Source: Klebsormidium nitens (lineage: Eukaryota; Plantae; Klebsormidiophyceae). Taken from it: 64,000 bases of DNA. The translations under genes and the position numbers were made by a program. The stretch lies in contig DF237087.1 of NCBI GenBank assembly GCA_000708835.1, forward strand, positions 1-64,000, in the 5' to 3' direction. Shown piece by piece: positions 61,551 through 64,000 of the stretch; the stretch's first letter is position 1; every line of letters begins with the position of its first letter. The notes beneath the pieces were generated by a model that ran no database searches, was not told the origin of the DNA, and saw nothing but the letters and a program-made list of their open reading frames with translations.

Positions 61551-63815
61551 ATGCAGCCAATCATGGCGGGGTCCTCGTTCGGGGACTCCCAAATGCGGTG
61601 GGGGGCCCCCCAGCGCTCTATTTCCAATGCAAACGACCTGTCGAGCTCCGAGGGCGAATTCGCCCCCCCCGAGATCAAAGCTGAGCTCGCCCGCTCGTTT
61701 TCCCTGCGCATTCCACGCTCTGATAAGTCCCCTCTCGCAGAGAACCCCCCCGAGCTCTCGTCCCTCTCTCCGAGCACGCCCAAAACCCCCACCTCCGGCA
61801 GAAACCTCCGCAGGTCCATCTCGCTGAAACGGATCCTTAAGGGGGGGGACGCTGACTTCAGCGCAGCAGGGATGTCCCCCTCAAAACTATCCCCGCAGGA
61901 CCGGCTTGGTTCCTTTTCCTTTGCCCCAAGCACTGTGAGCCCCACCGCTTCCCCCCAGTTTGCGGCAAAAACGCCGCCGAGCCCGATTGGATCTCCTGGG
62001 GGGGTGGCGGTTCCAAGCCCCGCTGCGGCGTTCTACGGCTCTCCGGCAGTCAAACTGCAGTCGCCCCTGAGCAGAAGGGACGGCGATTCGTCGCAGCCAA
62101 GTAGATTGAATACGGGTGGAACTGCCAGGACGTTGTTTGAGCGACGGGCAGAGAAGCAAAATCAGGGGGGTAGCGCGGAAGTTGGGGAGGAGAAGGAGGT
62201 AGAAAGTTCGTCGGCTCCGAGCGGTGACATCAGCGAGTTGAGGCCGGAGGAGACGGTTCGAACTTCGGGTGGGGAAGCAGAAAGACCGGCGCAAGGCGGT
62301 GGGGGAGAGATAACTGGGGAAACGGCAAATTCGGATGGGGGGGGCCCTTTGCCTGTTACTGATGAGACGCAGAGTGCCACATCAGCGCCTGTCGAGGAGA
62401 AAAGTTTTAGCGACGTCGTGAACAGTACGCACGAGGAAATTTTCCGGAGCATGCTAGAAACCCCCCCCGAGCAGCCGTCGCCCTCCCCCTCAGGGGCAGT
62501 TGATTTGGGCTGGGGACGAGACGGATCGTTTGCGCTGGCCAACGACGCGGCGCCAGCTGGCGCGCTTAGAACTCGGCCAGAACCCCTGACGCCGGAGAGT
62601 GCCGCCAGCGAACCACCGTGGGGGGAAACCAGCAGCTTGGAAAACACCCCCACGCCCGAGAAAAGCGCAAAGCCCGGGCACCGACGGGAGCTGAGTCTGT
62701 CGAATTCGGCACCTCTGATGGTGACGCCCCTTCAGGGGACAAACTCGGACTTTCCGTTGACGCCTGGGAATATGTTGGTGAAGCGATCAAATTCAACGCT
62801 GGAGGCGCGAGCGCTCCAACGAATGAAGCAGGTGAGCGACGCCAGTGTCCAGATATGACCGGCGGCGCTGCATTGCAGGATGCAGCTTTCAAAGCCTGGG
62901 CGTCGGCGCCTGTCATCCTATAGGGGGTCCAGCTTTATTGGGATGCATGGTTTATGCATTGTCTGCACCGTCTCTTATCACGGATTGTGCGAGCATGCTA
63001 GCAGTGAGAAGGATTCAAGATAGGTAAAGCCGTTGTTCGGTCAGTACGTGTCCGAGAAAGTCGTGTGGCGGACGTTGTGAAATAAGTGGCATCTCGTCAG
63101 GCTTTGAAACCCCAGAAACGGTTTCGGCTTTCGTCCTTGTAGCTGGTGTAATTTTTTTTTAGGAGGACCCAGAAGTAAGGAACGACGTAGCTATCAACTC
63201 TTGGTGTTTACTCTATGCTATCCTGACGTCCCCATTCTTTCCCTTGTGACATAATGTTTCTGATTTCTGCTTTTTCCTTCGATCTCGGACGCCTCCCACA
63301 GCAGCACTGTCGCCGGTCGCGACTACACCTTCAAGGTCGACGTCATTTGCATCAACCAGGATCTCATCATCAGAGTTTCGTTTTTCTTGTTGCTGACATG
63401 CGCCTTTACGTCATTCTCCAGGACGCCTTCATCCAGCAGCTCCTGCGCAGCAGCACCGTCATCGGGCGCGACTACACCATCAAGGTCGACGTCAGCTCCG
63501 CGCACCTCCCCGGCTTCTCCTCGTTCGACCTCTCGGACCCGGGGGACGACGAAGACACGTCATCTGTCGACACCCCCTCCCGCCTGGCGCTCACCAACTA
63601 CTCCGAAAGCGGCCACGTCATCCCCCCCCTCACGATCGCGATCCTGATTGTGGGCACACGGGGCGACGTGCAGCCGTTCATTGCGATCGGGAAGAAGTTG
63701 CTGGCGTACGGGCACCGCGTGCGGTTGGCGACGCACGCGAACTACCGGGAGTTTGTCACGGAGCAGGGGCTCGAGTTCTTCCCGCTTGGGGGGGACCCAA
63801 AGATTCTCGCCGAGT
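61551..63815 (+). CDS. UGT80: Sterol 3-beta-glucosyltransferase (UGT80 family, GT28 N-terminal domain); partial, continues beyond the window
   Basis: Exons 61551-62831 and 63422-63815 in phase. Motifs IAILIVGTRGDVQPFIAIG, GHRVRLATH and GLEFFPLGGDPKILAE. The long Ser/Pro-rich N-terminal exon is assigned by phase. Confidence 0.88.
63287..63344 (+). repeat. Degenerate intronic copy of the 5' part of UGT80 exon 2
   Basis: ggacgcc...cagcagcactgtcgccggtcgcgactacaccttcaaggtcgacgtc aligns to exon sequence 63421-63493 (...cagcagcaccgtcatcgggcgcgactacaccatcaaggtcgacgtc). Confidence 0.85.
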
Positions 63816-64000
63816 GTGAGCGCGGACTTCTTGGTCTTCTCGTTCTGAAGTGGTCTCGCTTAGCCAAGATGGGCTTGCGAGCGTGCGAGTCGCGTGAGCT
63901 GCTGCGTTGTTTCATCGCTGTGCGGCTTGGGAACCTTTTGAAGGCGTTTCGAGAACCAGAAGACATGGGACTTTGCTGTGCCTAAGGCTGAGGTTTTGTT

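Noticed and set aside
1-64000. tRNA, rRNA, snRNA or C/D snoRNA genes
   Set aside because: Scattered GTTCGA and TGATGA words lack cloverleaf or paired C/D box context on inspection. tRNAscan-SE or Infernal would be needed to exclude them fully.

Overview
Intron-rich eukaryotic genomic DNA (GT-AG introns of roughly 150-950 bp, GC3-rich exons). Plastid transit peptides, a thylakoid-lumen signal and plant-type DUF4057 and UGT80 genes point to a green plant, most plausibly a streptophyte alga such as Klebsormidium (inference, not provable here). Gene models spliced by hand and checked for phase, in order: intronless DUF1697 (+); plastid FAD oxidoreductase-Rieske fusion of YhfW type (+); plastid carotenoid cleavage dioxygenase (-); Cys-rich putative thylakoid-lumen protein (+); LigB/DODA dioxygenase paralog 1 with a very long C-terminal extension split at a G10 run (-); KP-43/Tag-type subtilisin with C-terminal membrane anchor (-); DUF4057 protein (-); small single-pass membrane protein (+); LigB/DODA paralog 2 (-); exosome CSL4 (+); spliced gene resembling the N-terminal DNA-binding half of a transposase with no DDE domain (+); oligoribonuclease (-); 5' part of a sterol 3-beta-glucosyltransferase (+). 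The most unusual observations are the transposase-derived spliced gene, the extended and frameshifted DODA paralog with a conserved repeated WW motif, and a small TA-bounded inverted-repeat element enclosing a G-quadruplex/telomere-like tract. No tRNA, rRNA or CRISPR array was seen. Family assignments come from recalled motifs, not database searches.
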